Source: Ancylonema sp. (Eukaryota). Taken from it: 64,000 nt of DNA. The stretch lies in assembly GCA_050230475.1 (NCBI GenBank), contig JBFLGF010000064.1:1-64000 (forward strand), written 5' to 3'. Made by a program: the position numbers and the translations under genes. The notes beneath the pieces are model-generated. The model was not told the DNA's origin and searched no databases. It saw nothing but the letters and a program-made list of their open reading frames with translations. Of this stretch, positions 1 through 11,898 are shown in pieces (within the stretch, counting starts at the first letter, position 1; each line of letters starts with the position of its first letter).

Positions 1-17
1 TGGCATCCGAGGGGGTG

Positions 18-459
18 TGTTGGAATATTTTGGATAGCCATATGTTATGCTTGCTAGTCCAGTTGTACCCGGTTACTCTAACCGGGAGCAATATTCCTAT
101 ATGTGCCTATATGCGGGGCCGGGCAAGTTTGTGTCCGGGCACCTGACATGTTGCCGACGCTTAGAGTCGTTATTTGTTTGACGCGTCGTGATTGGCTTGT
201 GTCAGAAATGTCCGGCTTGACATGTAGAAGAGCTGTCAGTCAATGATAGGCCGACGGTCAATTGTGCCGACCGTCGGCACACAACAACCTGTAAAGTGCA
301 TCGGGTATTACCATTCCCGATGCAATCACAATAATAATTCGTTCCACACACGCAACTCCTGTCTCGTTGATCATCAGTGATAGAGATCCTTTTGCATACG
401 GTTCGTTTTGTCGCGCCCACCTAATTATTCCGGCACGTCTAATCACTCAAAAGCTTATA
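18..459 (+). repeat. Copia-1 left LTR (TGTTGG...CTTATA)
   Basis: Near-identical to 6124-6573; followed directly by the PBS and preceded by a PPT-like GAGGGGG tract. Confidence 0.92.
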
Positions 460-473
460 GGTTATGGGCCCAC
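460..473 (+). other. Primer binding site GGTTATGGGCCCAC (internal/half initiator tRNA-Met type)
   Basis: Complementary to the GUGGGCCCAUAACC anticodon-arm segment of plant tRNAiMet. The identical 14-mer recurs at 46120-46133 (+) and 57849-57862 (-). Confidence 0.9.
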
Positions 474-675
474 GTGCGGTCTAGTTCAGACGCCGTGTTG
501 GTTAAAAACTAAAGGCTCCACCGATTCGCTGCAATTATCTCTGAAAACGGTATATTCTGCAATTGAGCGCAAATATATTCGTAGTTGTTAAGGGCTGCAC
601 GTAATTTTCACATTGCGCTGCAAGAATTCGAGCTGAGTGCTGCAGTGCAGGAATTGCACTGAGAGCTCGAGCTGA

Positions 676-3600
676 GTGAGAAATTTCGAGAAATCCTACA
701 CAATTGCTTCCACACTGTCGGATAGGTCGCAAATCCCACAGTTCACTGGAGCGGATTACACAGGATGGGCCTTCAAGGTCAAATATGGGTTGGCGGACAA
801 AAAGCTGCATCGTTTGGTGATGGATTGGGACAGCATGCCGCGGAGGTGTCGTCCAGACGCGATACTTCCATTAACACCAGACAACGAGCTGCAATTTGCC
901 GCCAGGGGGATCGACGTTGATGTCGAAAGATTGGTCAAGGAGCAGCAGATTTCCCAACAGCTGCTGCAGCTCGAGAAATGGGACGAGGACAATCTGGCTG
1001 CCATGTCCTACAAAGTCAAACATTTGGGTCCTTCGGAGCTGACGCACGTCACGGACTGCACGACAGCTGCCGGAATGTGGGACGCCTTGAGGACATTCTA
1101 CCAGGTGCAGGGTGCGATCGAGATCGCGAATACCGAGCGTTGCTGAGCGCGATCATAGCAGACTGAGGCGGAGGATCTCAACGTATATGTCAAGCGTCTG
1201 CAGCAGCTACACCAGGATTTGAAGAATCTGGGCGCGCCAGTAACTCCTACGAAGCAGGCGATCAACCTGCTCAACTCCCTAAACACTCATTACACCCCAA
1301 TGGTCTCGACGCTGATGCCGTGGTCCGGAATCTCTCCACATCTGTTTACGATTCCCCACATCGTGAGTGCGCTGCTGCGCGACGACGTCAGAAAGGAGCT
1401 GAATGAACGTAAGAGGGGGGCGCTGCCAAGAGGTCACCAAGCTCATTATGGTGGACCTGGAGGGGGTAGCGGAGCTGGAGGCAACAGCAGACCTGGTGGT
1501 GGGACTGGAGCTGGTCGCAGAGACGCTGCAGGCGTCGAGTGCTTCGGCTGCCACAAATTCGGCCACATCAGGGCGAACTGTCCTTCACCAGCTATTGGCG
1601 GAGGCCATGCCGGAGCCTGGAAATGTCACAGGTGCCACCAAGCAGGCCACCGAGCTGCTCAGTGCCCTGCGCCATCGCCAGCAGCTGGAAATGTTGCGCA
1701 CGCGACTCAGGGAACAGGAGGGAGACACAGGTGCAGATATTGCAACAATGTAGGGCATACGATGATTGAACAATGTAGAAAACGCACATCTGATTTGGCT
1801 TTAATGAACCCAGAAGCTGCTCGAAGGGCTGACGCACAGGCAAGACTTGCTCGCTTTGCTGACAAACCCTTTGACGCTAATGTGGATTATTTTGGCTTTG
1901 GTGCTTTCTCGTTCGATGTTGCTCGAGCATTGTCTGCTGCTTCTCACACAGACTCCCTGATCCTGGACTCAGGTGCTACAGACCACATTTTCACGGAACA
2001 TGAACACTTCGTGTAGTACACTCCAACCCTGAGCACGCAGAGGGCCTTCATCACCACTGCTGACGGCTCGTCACACAAGGTAGCAGGCACTGGGTTCGTG
2101 CACATCCGAGTGAGGAATGGCGACACCTTTTTTGTGCAGCCACTTAACTCGATCCACGTCCCTACCTTTGCCGCACCCTCGTGTCGACATCGTGCCTCGT
2201 CAAAAGAGGTGGGCTGAGCTTTACTACCCACGGGTCCTGAATTAAACAAGGGGAATGCGAAGTGGGCTGATGTACTGCAGCAGCCTAGCAGTCTGACTTT
2301 GCTTGCTGCTACCACATGCCTGGATCTCATGAGAGCAAATTTATCCACAAGCATGGTCTGGCATCACAAACTGGGTCACCCCAGTTCTGATGTGATGTCA
2401 GATTTTGGCAGACGTGGTGACATCCCAAAGTCCAGATGAATTAACTGAAGTCAGGGGATGTCAGATTTGCTGTCAGGGGAAGATGAGTCAGCTGAGTCAC
2501 GCTAAGGTCAGCGAGGATCTGGGAACATGCCCCAAGATGGGTCGCATTCACCTGGATCTCATTGGACCTCTGTGTGTTAGGTCTGCTAATGGAGGTTTCA
2601 CTTATGCTCAGACAGGGATTGAGGTCCACACGTCTGTCATTTGTCAGTTTACTAAAAACTAAGGATGAAGCACTGAACCGAGCAAAGGTCACTATACAGT
2701 TGCTCGAGGTCCAGTCAGGGTTGCCACTACAGTCTATACGGACAGACAAGGGTGGGGAGTATGTGTATCAGGACTGGATAAACTACTGTGGGGGGAAGGG
2801 TATTGACAAGCAAACCACAGAAGCATATAGTCCTGAACAAAACGGAATCTGTGAAAGACTGAATAGAACATTGACAGAAAAAATGCGATGCATATTGATC
2901 TGGTCAGGTCTACCGAAGTCGTATTGGGATGTTGCATTGTTACATGCAAACTAGTTAAGGAACAGAACTCCCACTAAGTCGCTTGCTGGCAGAATCCCAA
3001 TTGAAGTCTGGGAGGGAAAGAACATGAAAATGAACAAAAGTCATAATTTTGGGTGTCTCTGTCAATACTTGAAGGTTGGGGCGGAAAAGAACAGGCAAGG
3101 GGACAAGTTTGCCCCTCGCACTTGCTTTGGTGTGTTTCTGGGGATGGCTGCGGGGAGTGCAGGCTACAACGTCTTCGACCCCCATAGGGTGGGGGTGCAC
3201 GGGACGTGCGGTTCTTCGAGGAGGTGCCGGGGTACCCGAAGCTCATGAGGGGGAGGCTCCCAGGTTCAGGCGGCAACAGAAAAACACTTTTTCTATCTGT
3301 TCCCCGACACCGAAGATGAGCAATGAGCACCCAGAAGCAGTTGTGCCAGCAGCAGCAGTCCACCCCAACATGCCAGCAGCAGCAGTCCACCCAATCATGC
3401 CAGCCAGCTGATGCCAGCAGTTCTGCAGCCAATCCCAGCACCAGCAGAACCAGCAGTCCCTGAGCGAGCAGCTGCCAACGACTATCTGCATGACAACTTC
3501 GAGCCACAAGCTACTGAGGTCCCTAACGTCACGATTGAGCTGTCCGACTGCCAGTCAGGGATCAACAACGCAGGAGGTGGAGATGCAGAGGAGGAGGAGG

Positions 3601-5402
3601 TGCAAGGAGGGGGTGCGAACCCAGGAGTGGGGGAGTCAGGCAGCATAGCTGATCGGGTGATGGCCAGAAGACGAGCCAACTTTGCTGAATATGGGGATCT
3701 CATGTGATGTGATGGGGAGGAGTTCGATGACGCAGCTCATGCCAACTACTCAGCGACTGAATGGGAGCCCAGCTGCTTCTACACTGGCTTCAACGGTCCT
3801 GTCGATCCTGGCTACGCATGCGTAGCATCAAACGGCAACTCCTCCGAGCCACTCACCCTCAACCATGCGATGATGAGGCCAGACTGGGACCAGTGGGACA
3901 GAGCCATCGTGGAAGAGCTCGCTGCCCTGGAGATGGAGACGTTCAACACCTTTGGTGTACTTCCTCCAGGTAAAAAGGCTGTGGGGTGTAGATATGTTTT
4001 TAAGGTCAAAACAACACCTCAAGGGGATATTGAAATATATAAAGTCAGACTGGTCGCACAGGGATTCTTACAGCAAGAGGGTATTGACTATAACGAAGTA
4101 TTTGCACCAGTAATCGACAGTACATCTATCACCCTACTCCTCTCTATAGCCAACCAATATGATTGGGAACTGGAACACATGGACGTAATCACAGCGTTCC
4201 TGCATGGACGTCTGGAAGAAGAAGTTTATATGAAAATACCACCACGTATGTATATCAATGGGGGTGCTGAGGGAAAGGTCTTACGACTGAAGGGTGCTTT
4301 GTACGGACTAAAACAGAGTAGCCACGTGTGGCAAGAAATGTTCAGAAAGTTTATGATATCTCACGGGTTTAAACAATGCGTAATGAACACATGTATATAT
4401 ATGAGGGGGGAAGGAGACAACAGAATCATACTGGGCATACATGTAGATGATCAGGTGATCACAGGTCCTAACGCAATGGTGGTCAAAACTTTTAAAGAAG
4501 ACATGGGTAAAAAATTCAATGTCAAGGATCTGGATCCCCTAACCCATATCCTGGGGGTGGAAGTGAAGAGGGATAGACAAAGAAAACTGCTCACACTGGG
4601 ACAGTCAGGTGTCTTAAGGGGAGTCCTCGAACGTTATGGGATGCATGAGTGTAATCCAACCAAACTCCCTCTGGCCCCTGGAACTCAGCTTACGCAAAAT
4701 GATGAACCAACACTTCCCCCTACCCCTGAAGAAATAACAGACTTTCGAGGAAAAGTGGGATCTCTCATATACGCCATGAAACAAACCAGACTGGACATCG
4801 GGTATGCACTTGGGGTACTGGCTAAACACATGGGAAATCCTGGGGTCGCACACATAAGGGCGTTACATCAATTATTCAGATACCTTAAAGGGACTGTGAA
4901 CCACGGACTGACGTTTGTGGGAAAAGACAGTTTTGAAGTAAAGGGTTACTGCGATGCATCATGGAACAGCTGCAGTATGACAAGAAAGTCAGTCACAGGA
5001 TGGGTAACCACGGGTGGGGGACAGCACTGAGTTGGAAGTCGACAGAAGCAGTCCACTGTTGCACAGAGCACTGCTGAGGCTGAATATATCGCTGCCTGTA
5101 GTGTATCTAAAGAGTGCTGTTATCTAAAGTCTCTCTTGAAAGAACGCAAATTCCCAAACCAAATCACAATCCACACTGACTCAACCTCAGCTCTCTCCAT
5201 GATCCAGAATCCTGTGCAACGACAGAAAGCAAAACACTTTAATGTGGTATATCACTGGGTACGGGAATGCCACAGCACGGGGAGACTAAAATATGTGTAT
5301 CTTGCAGGCGCCAATCAACCAGCAGATATGCTAACCAAAGCTCTTCCTCAAGTTTTACTGGACAGACACAGCAAAAGTCTAGGTTTTGGACGGTTATACT
5401 GA
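676..5402 (+). pseudogene. Copia-1 gag-pol, broken by frameshifts and stops
   Basis: ORF pieces: 676-1146 (Gag N-terminus), 1219-2016 (three CCHC knuckles plus protease DSG), 2405-2954 (integrase), 3870-5030 (RT), 5136-5402 (RNase H). Confidence 0.95.
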
Positions 5403-6123
5403 AATGGGGGTGTCAGTCTTTTCTTTTATTTTTATTATCAGAGGTTTCGAATTACATGCATGTTGGCAGGGGGTGTGTTGTTATGTTTCTTTCAGAAGTA
5501 ATGGGAAGGGTACAACAACTTCAGCTCATCCAGCTAAGTCACACTCTTACCTTAATACCTTGGAAAAGAAGGACACTTTACTTAAGGACACTTAAGGACA
5601 CTTTAAGATCAGAAAGTGCGGATCTGCTGCTCAACTTTAAACTTGTCATCAGTTTGTTCTGAATTTTTTTCGAATGTATGTCTTAATCATTGTTGTTGCA
5701 AAACTTGTGTCAAAAGTTGGTGCTGATAGGACTGGTAATTTTGAAGTTATGCTGTTTTGAGATTATTTTTCTGACTGGAAAGTGTGTAAAATTTTGAGAA
5801 TCATAAAGTTGAAAAAGAAAAAATCAAAAATATTTTCATAAGTTTTTTTGTTTTTCGCCTAACTTGGTATTTGTTTGTATGTTCAGGCTTGCCTGAAAAA
5901 CGACTAAGGATCTGGAGCGTTCGACTTCATGGAGTTCCGATCGGCTTCCGAACGGCTGCATTTGTCGATAGAGCCCCCTCGCACGCTTGTATGCTAGGGA
6001 AGACCTAAACTGCTTTATATGTTATGCAATGGTTCTGCCATGATTTGGTAATGACTTGGGTACTCCTTTTGATGTCTGCATCTATGCCAACTTTAGCATG
6101 GCATCCATCCGAGGGAGGGGGTG

Positions 6124-6573
6124 TGTTGGAATAAATATTTTGGATAGCCATATGTTATGATGCTTGCTAGTGTATGTTATGCTTGCTTTACTCTAACCGG
6201 GAGCAATATTCTAGATGTGCCTGTATGCTGGGCCGGGCAAGTTTGTGCCCGGGCACCTGACATGTTGCCGACGCTTAGAGACGTTATTTGTTTGACGCGT
6301 CGCGATTGGATTGTTTAGTCGTGTCAGAAATGTCCGGCATGTGCCGTTGACATGTAGAAGAGTTGTCAGTCAATGATAGGCCGACGGTCAATTGTGCCGA
6401 CCGTCGGCACACAACAATCTGTAAAGCGCATCGGGTATTACCATCCCCGATGGCAATCATAATTCGGTCCACACACGCAACTGTGATCATCAGTGATAGA
6501 GATCCTTTTGCGTACGGTTCGTTTTGTCGCCCACCGAATTATTCCGGCACGTCTAATCACTCAAAAGCTTATA
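6124..6573 (+). repeat. Copia-1 right LTR
   Basis: Repeat of 18-459; preceded by the purine tract GAGGGAGGGGG. Confidence 0.92.
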
Positions 6574-6582
6574 GGTTATGGG

Positions 6583-7269
6583 AGGAGGGGTGCTTGTTCA
6601 TAAGCTTGTGCAACGCCCGGGGGAATTTGTCGTGACGACACCGCGAGGATACCATGCAGGCTTCAGCCATGGATTTAACATCGGGGAGGCAGTGAACTTC
6701 GCACCTCCCTCATGGCTACCACAAGGAGAATTCTCCGTACACCGCAACTCCATCTTTAACCTCAAATCCATTGTACACATTACGGAGAGTATCTACTCGG
6801 AGAGGTGAAGGACATATTACGTCACAATCGATGTGCGGGGCAAAACCTCGTGAAAGCAGCATGGATCACACAAGTTCAACAGATAGAGGAGCGGGTAGGG
6901 GACATCCGAAACTGTGGGGAGCAAACTGTGGAAATCATCAAGCCAAACGCACAAAATGAGAACCAGACCGCAACATGTGGTAGCTGCGAGGAAAAGTGCG
7001 AACTAGTCCATGTTTTGTGTGCATGCTATGAAAACCGTCCAGTCTGCGTTTGCCATGAGAGGAACTCGTGTGAGTGTGCTCACATCAAAATTACATTTAG
7101 CAAGGATTGGGAGAATTTCCGGCCTCTTGCACGCTTATGGAAACACGGTAGTGACAAAGAAAGCGTGAGCCGCATTCAAAGCCAAGTGACAATAGAGGAG
7201 CCACTTCTTGACCCGCGATCGATCATCACGCAACCTGAAAGGGGAAGGAAGAGGAAAGCAACACAATGA
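6583..7269 (+). pseudogene. 3' part of a JmjC + zf-C5HC2 histone demethylase (JMJ13/JMJ706-like), 5'-truncated by Copia-1 and frameshifted near 6800
   Basis: GVLVHKLVQRPGEFVVTTPRGYHAGFSHGFNIGEAVNFAPPSWLP matches the JmjC C-terminus including the distal Fe-binding His. The next frame has the C5HC2 pattern CGSCEEKCELVHVLCACYENRPVCVCHERNSCEC and ends GRKRKATQ. Confidence 0.88.
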
Positions 7270-8406
7270 ATTTTGTTAAGACGAAATACTCATATGTGTA
7301 GCTACAAAGAGAAGTGATCGAACAACTTATTGTTAATTGGCATCCAAATAGAAATAGATGGTGATAAGCCAATACAGTTTTTTTCGTCCGCCAAAAAAAA
7401 ACTGACTGCTTATAAGAACGTTTTCATAAAATGTCTTACAACATGTTAAAAATTTTAGAAGTCGTTATTGTGACCAAAATTTGTAGTGAATAAAGTAGAT
7501 AAGTTCACATGTGGACTATGGGGAAATTGTAGTGCAAAAAGTAGAATAGTACACATGCATTCACTTGGTAGAAATGGTTCTTCCCTAGAGAATCAAAACT
7601 TTGGATTAGCCTAGGAGATTAATGCGTGGATTTATTGATGATCATCAATACTAATAGACATTACAAAAATAGATTGCAAATCGAAACACAACCAATAAGA
7701 TCCTACAATAACTAAGCCTTACAAAAGGTACAACCGAATAAAATGTCTATCCAAACCATATATCTTGCCAAGTGAATAAATCTATCAAAACAATTGACAA
7801 GCTCCGTAAGAATTCAAGGAAAATAATAAAACATCCAAACACACACTACTACCCACTAACAAAAACAACTCCATAACATCGCGCCATACTACAATTGGCC
7901 TCAACTCTTTCCAAATCTAACCTATACAATGGTTCTTCGAACGACGATCTAATCAACAAAAAAGCCTAACAAACAACGTCCAACGAACAGGTTAAGTATA
8001 TTACAAGAATCCTAGACTAGGTTTTAACATCGAAAAACCAAAAATCTCAAATTGTACTCAAGGCTACCACAAGTCTAATTCACCATCCGGCATCAACTCT
8101 ATCCTAAAACCCATCATATCATATCACTAAGTAAAGGTGGCTTGCTAATTAAAAACCAAATAGATCACCTACAATAAAAAAACGAACATAGCATTAGATT
8201 ACTCGAATAACCAGTCCACAAAGAAACAAACACAATGAAATAAAGCAAAAATCCAATAACAATTCTTACACAATACAAGAATGTACATTAAATTGCAACT
8301 AACATAATATAGGAAGCAATGGTAAGAAAAAAAAAAAAAAAAAAAAACAATATAAGGAAACCACTCACCCATAAGAACCATCTTCGTTCTTTCGCAACTA
8401 CACCAC

Positions 8407-9108
8407 TCAATCCACACTCTTTCTCTTCCTCGGAGGAATTTTCAATCCTTTCTTTGCACATATGGCCACAAACTTCTCTAACCTCTTGAATGCGTAAGAA
8501 TAGTAATCATAGTCGCCCACAAAAATTTCGTGCTCGCTTGTCCAATTAGACACCAGTTCATTAACTTCGTTCTTCAACCCCACTAGGTTCGTGATCAGTG
8601 ACCAAACTTCCTTACACATACAACCATCACTAGCAGTTACCACCCTACTCAGTAGCCTCTTAAGGTAAGCCTCCCGTTCATCACAGTCCATCTCCTCCAC
8701 TCCACCCGAGTTTAAAACACCATCAATGCCTCCTACAACATCAAAGTCCCCACTAATAACATCTCCGAAAGCGCCCACATGAGCCTTTAAATAAAATAAA
8801 GAATCATTAAAAATCTCAACAGAACATCAGCTGATCCACAACAACAAAAAAATCACAATACAATAGAAACCCACCTTCCTCAATAAGAGGGCCCCGTTAT
8901 TAGAGCCATCGAGAACTTTCGCTCTCAAGGTCTTCCCCTGATGATGTCTCGAGGACAAAGTGGTGCCCAACGGAAAGACCCCGTGCGGCAAAGGGGCAAA
9001 CGAGTTCAATGCTTCAAGGACTAGGGAAAATTTAGTCTTATCGGAGACGACGGTGACCGGATGCGAAGAACCAGCGACGCCTACATCGCCTACACTTGGT
9101 TCATCCAT
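8407..9108 (-). CDS. Putative 2-exon hypothetical protein (~203 aa) with basic C-terminus
   Basis: Exons 9108-8875 and 8784-8407 join in frame through a GT..AG intron (MDEPSVG...LLRK/AHVGAFG...KIPPRKRKSVD). No recognisable domain. Confidence 0.45.
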
Positions 9109-9662
9109 AATGACCATCAAAACTATACCAATTACAACATATATACCTAAAAAAATGACGCAATAACAGGCTTTATAGATAACCGCAAACAAGTGCATAA
9201 AAAAACAGACCAAACGGTATGGTGCCGTACTTATTGCATAGCCTGTCCCGCATAATGCGTCCATGAAATAAACAGGCATATAGCGACAGAAACCCAAGCT
9301 CAGAAGCGTAGTGGAGCAAATTGCAGGGATTGCCAGAAGAAAAAATGACGGTACAACGAACAGCGCATCCAACCGGCGCATTTCTTCGTATTATACCGAA
9401 GATTTAACAGTCGGCAGAGCAGCCGTTATCACGACTGACGGACATAAAAATCGCACGAACAAACGGCCGGCACATCAGACCGGCAGGAACATGGCTTCGA
9501 CTAAAAAACTGGCCGGCAAACATGCAAAAAACGGCCGATAAACAAACCGGCAAGGGAATAGCTTCGCCATACAAAATTGCCGGCGACGACCACCCCGGAA
9601 GACCTAAGTCGGTGCAACCGATTCTTGTTCTGGCGGCTTTCCGATCCGATTTCCCAAGCAAA

Positions 9663-9863
9663 ATGAGCGCAAAATGAACGCATGAGCGCTGCTCCGCTGA
9701 AATGATCTGCGCTCATGTGCGCTCCAACACGCTCACGCTCATGAGCTGCGCTCATGGCCTATCTTGGGGATACCTGCGCTCATGCGCTCATTGCGCTCAT
9801 GCGCTCATGAGCGCATGATCCTGCGCTCATGCGCTCGCTGCGCTCTGCGCTCGCCGATCTCTA
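9663..9863. repeat. Array of GCGCTCAT-type repeats in both orientations ending in a TIR-like CGCCGATCTCTA
   Basis: Many GCGCTCA(T)/TGAGCGC units, then an abrupt end. The minus strand starts TAGAGATCGGCG, resembling hAT termini. Confidence 0.6.
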
Positions 9864-10382
9864 GGTCACCGGTATCCCCCGCCCTGGCGACTGTCGGACG
9901 AGGGGCCCACAACATACCGGTAATCCAGTAGTCCGCATTTATCCGTCAGCCGTACTATGAACGGCTGACTTTCGACCACGTCTTCCGGTGCCAAGTACTT
10001 CTCTCGCGGCACACGTGGGCTTTTTTTGGTGAACCAGAACGCACCGGCAAACGGGCAGGCGACGTAGACAGCGCTTCAGCTGTTCAGAAACTCGAGAACT
10101 TCTTCCTAAAGTCGTCTCTGGCCGTGCCCATTGACGACGAGCTTCACTGATGTTCTCGCCTGTCTCGTCGTAAAAAGTTAGCTTTCTCACACTTCTGAAT
10201 CGTGGTGCAGATCGAGTTGGAGGAGTAGATATTGCAAGTGGTGCAGTGTATTGTCCCGATTTGCAGCTGTTAAAGTGAAATATAATGCTGTGCCATACTT
10301 CAGTCCCGCGGCTGCAGAGCTAGATCACTACGCAAACGACAAATGTCAGAATGATGTTTTGAATTCCGGGAAACAATTTAAG

Positions 10383-11898
10383 ATGGCGTCTTTCATAGAA
10401 GTTATTTACCCTGCTGACATTTTGGCGCGTCGTGATGTTGAAGACGAAGATATATGTAGCTCACTAACGCCGGGCGAGTTGGAAGTTTGGTCATATTTGG
10501 TGAATCTGGGAATGCCTGCTGGCTCTGCTCGCGCTCAGGACATTGTCCCCGAGAACTCGCCATCCACTCCTGACTACAATATATTTTCTCAGTTTACCTC
10601 GTTCGGTAACGAGCTGGAAGACAACACTGAATCACTTGCGCTTCCGCAAGCAGACGGAATGGAACTGCTTTATGAGACATGTAAGTTACTTAACCTGCAG
10701 AAAGTGGTAAAACTCATCCCGGGGGGCGGAGGTATATTATTGGCGTGTCACCTTTACGTCCACTCCCTTAGTTTGGCCCAAAGAACCAACCATGGTCCTC
10801 GCATTCGGGGTATACCTGCTTTCCTGTCGTTTCTCTTCTCAAATGAAGTATATTCGCTATAACCGGTGACATTCGCTGTATCGCTATATCGCTATATCGC
10901 CATATCGCTATATCGCTATATCGCTATATCGCTATATCGCTATATCGCTATATCGCTATATTCACTATATTCAAAAGATGGATATTCGCAGGTATTCGCA
11001 GACATTCGCATTCTCTACCTTCTGCGCTTCCCCACCATTTGCAGATTATTCTACTTCGATCCGAAGATATGAATGCAGAGAGACAGAAGTTGGGTAGAAT
11101 TTGGAAGTACAACTATAACACTGAAATTCTGGGGCTCCAGTCACCTATGAAAATGTGTGCCCTCTTTAAGTGCGTAGTCCCAGAGTCAGACACCTGTCAT
11201 AACTGCTGCACCCTTTCGTCGATTGACTGCTTAGATTGGTCGAGGCTGCCTTTCCTCCTTCTCACCGTCTGTAGCGGACATCATGATGGAAACAAACAAC
11301 AATTATCTTGTTGGTACTTTCCAATCTGAAATTCACCCCAATACTGACTAAGAGTTTGTCTCCTCCCTCTCCTCTAATTGCAGCCCTCAATGCAACCGCG
11401 ACGGTCGCCCCAACCGTCCTTGATTCAGCTCATCCAGCCTCATCTGAACACGGGGTCTCCCTCCTTGCCACCGGCCAAAATACAGAAGCCGAATCCAGTA
11501 CCTCGCTCCCCCGCGCGCACTCTCATGACTTGCCTTCAGATGTCACCGAATCAAATCCCGACTTCCCTCAAGCAACTCATCTCTTCTCTCCACCTTCCTC
11601 TTCGTTCTCTATGCCCATTCCGAAATGCCTCTGGTGTGGCACAGATCGCCAGCTGGACTGCTGTGAGTGGTCCATTTTGAAAGCGTCCGCGGTCAACCAT
11701 CGCCCAACCCTTCGACGGACGTCATCCGAACGAGTTCCTGGCTTGCCTTCGGGCAGCAGGTGGAAGACATTGAACCTGTCCAAGAGTGCCTCCAGCACTG
11801 CAATCGCCGGTCTTGTAGGGAGTGAAGGGAAAGGAAGTGGGATAGAGAAGGATAGACCAATGGCTGCGCTCCAACGCATTCTTTCTGGAAAATTCTAG
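10383..11898 (+). other. Unidentified ORF cluster (possible degenerate gene with Cys-rich segments)
   Basis: ORFs 10251-10862, 11039-11329 and 11308-11898 have coding-like composition but no recognised motif. Confidence 0.2.
10873..10960. repeat. 8-bp tandem repeat (TCGCTATA)x11
   Basis: Direct reading; two units carry single substitutions. Confidence 0.95.

Larger units (their letters stand above)
18..6573 (+). mobile_element. Ty1/Copia LTR retrotransposon (Copia-1), near full length, degenerate
   Basis: Direct-repeat LTRs at ~18-459 and 6124-6573, PBS at 460-473, PPT at ~6111-6123. Domain order is gag-protease (LILDSGATDH)-integrase (IRTDKGGEY, SPEQNGICERLNRTL)-RT (HMDVITAFLHG, LYGLKQ, HVDD)-RNase H (GYCDASW, ADMLTKAL). 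Confidence 0.97.

Noticed and set aside
6578..7269. JmjC as an internal ORF of the Copia element
   Set aside because: It lies outside the right LTR and is absent from Copia-2; it is flanking DNA.
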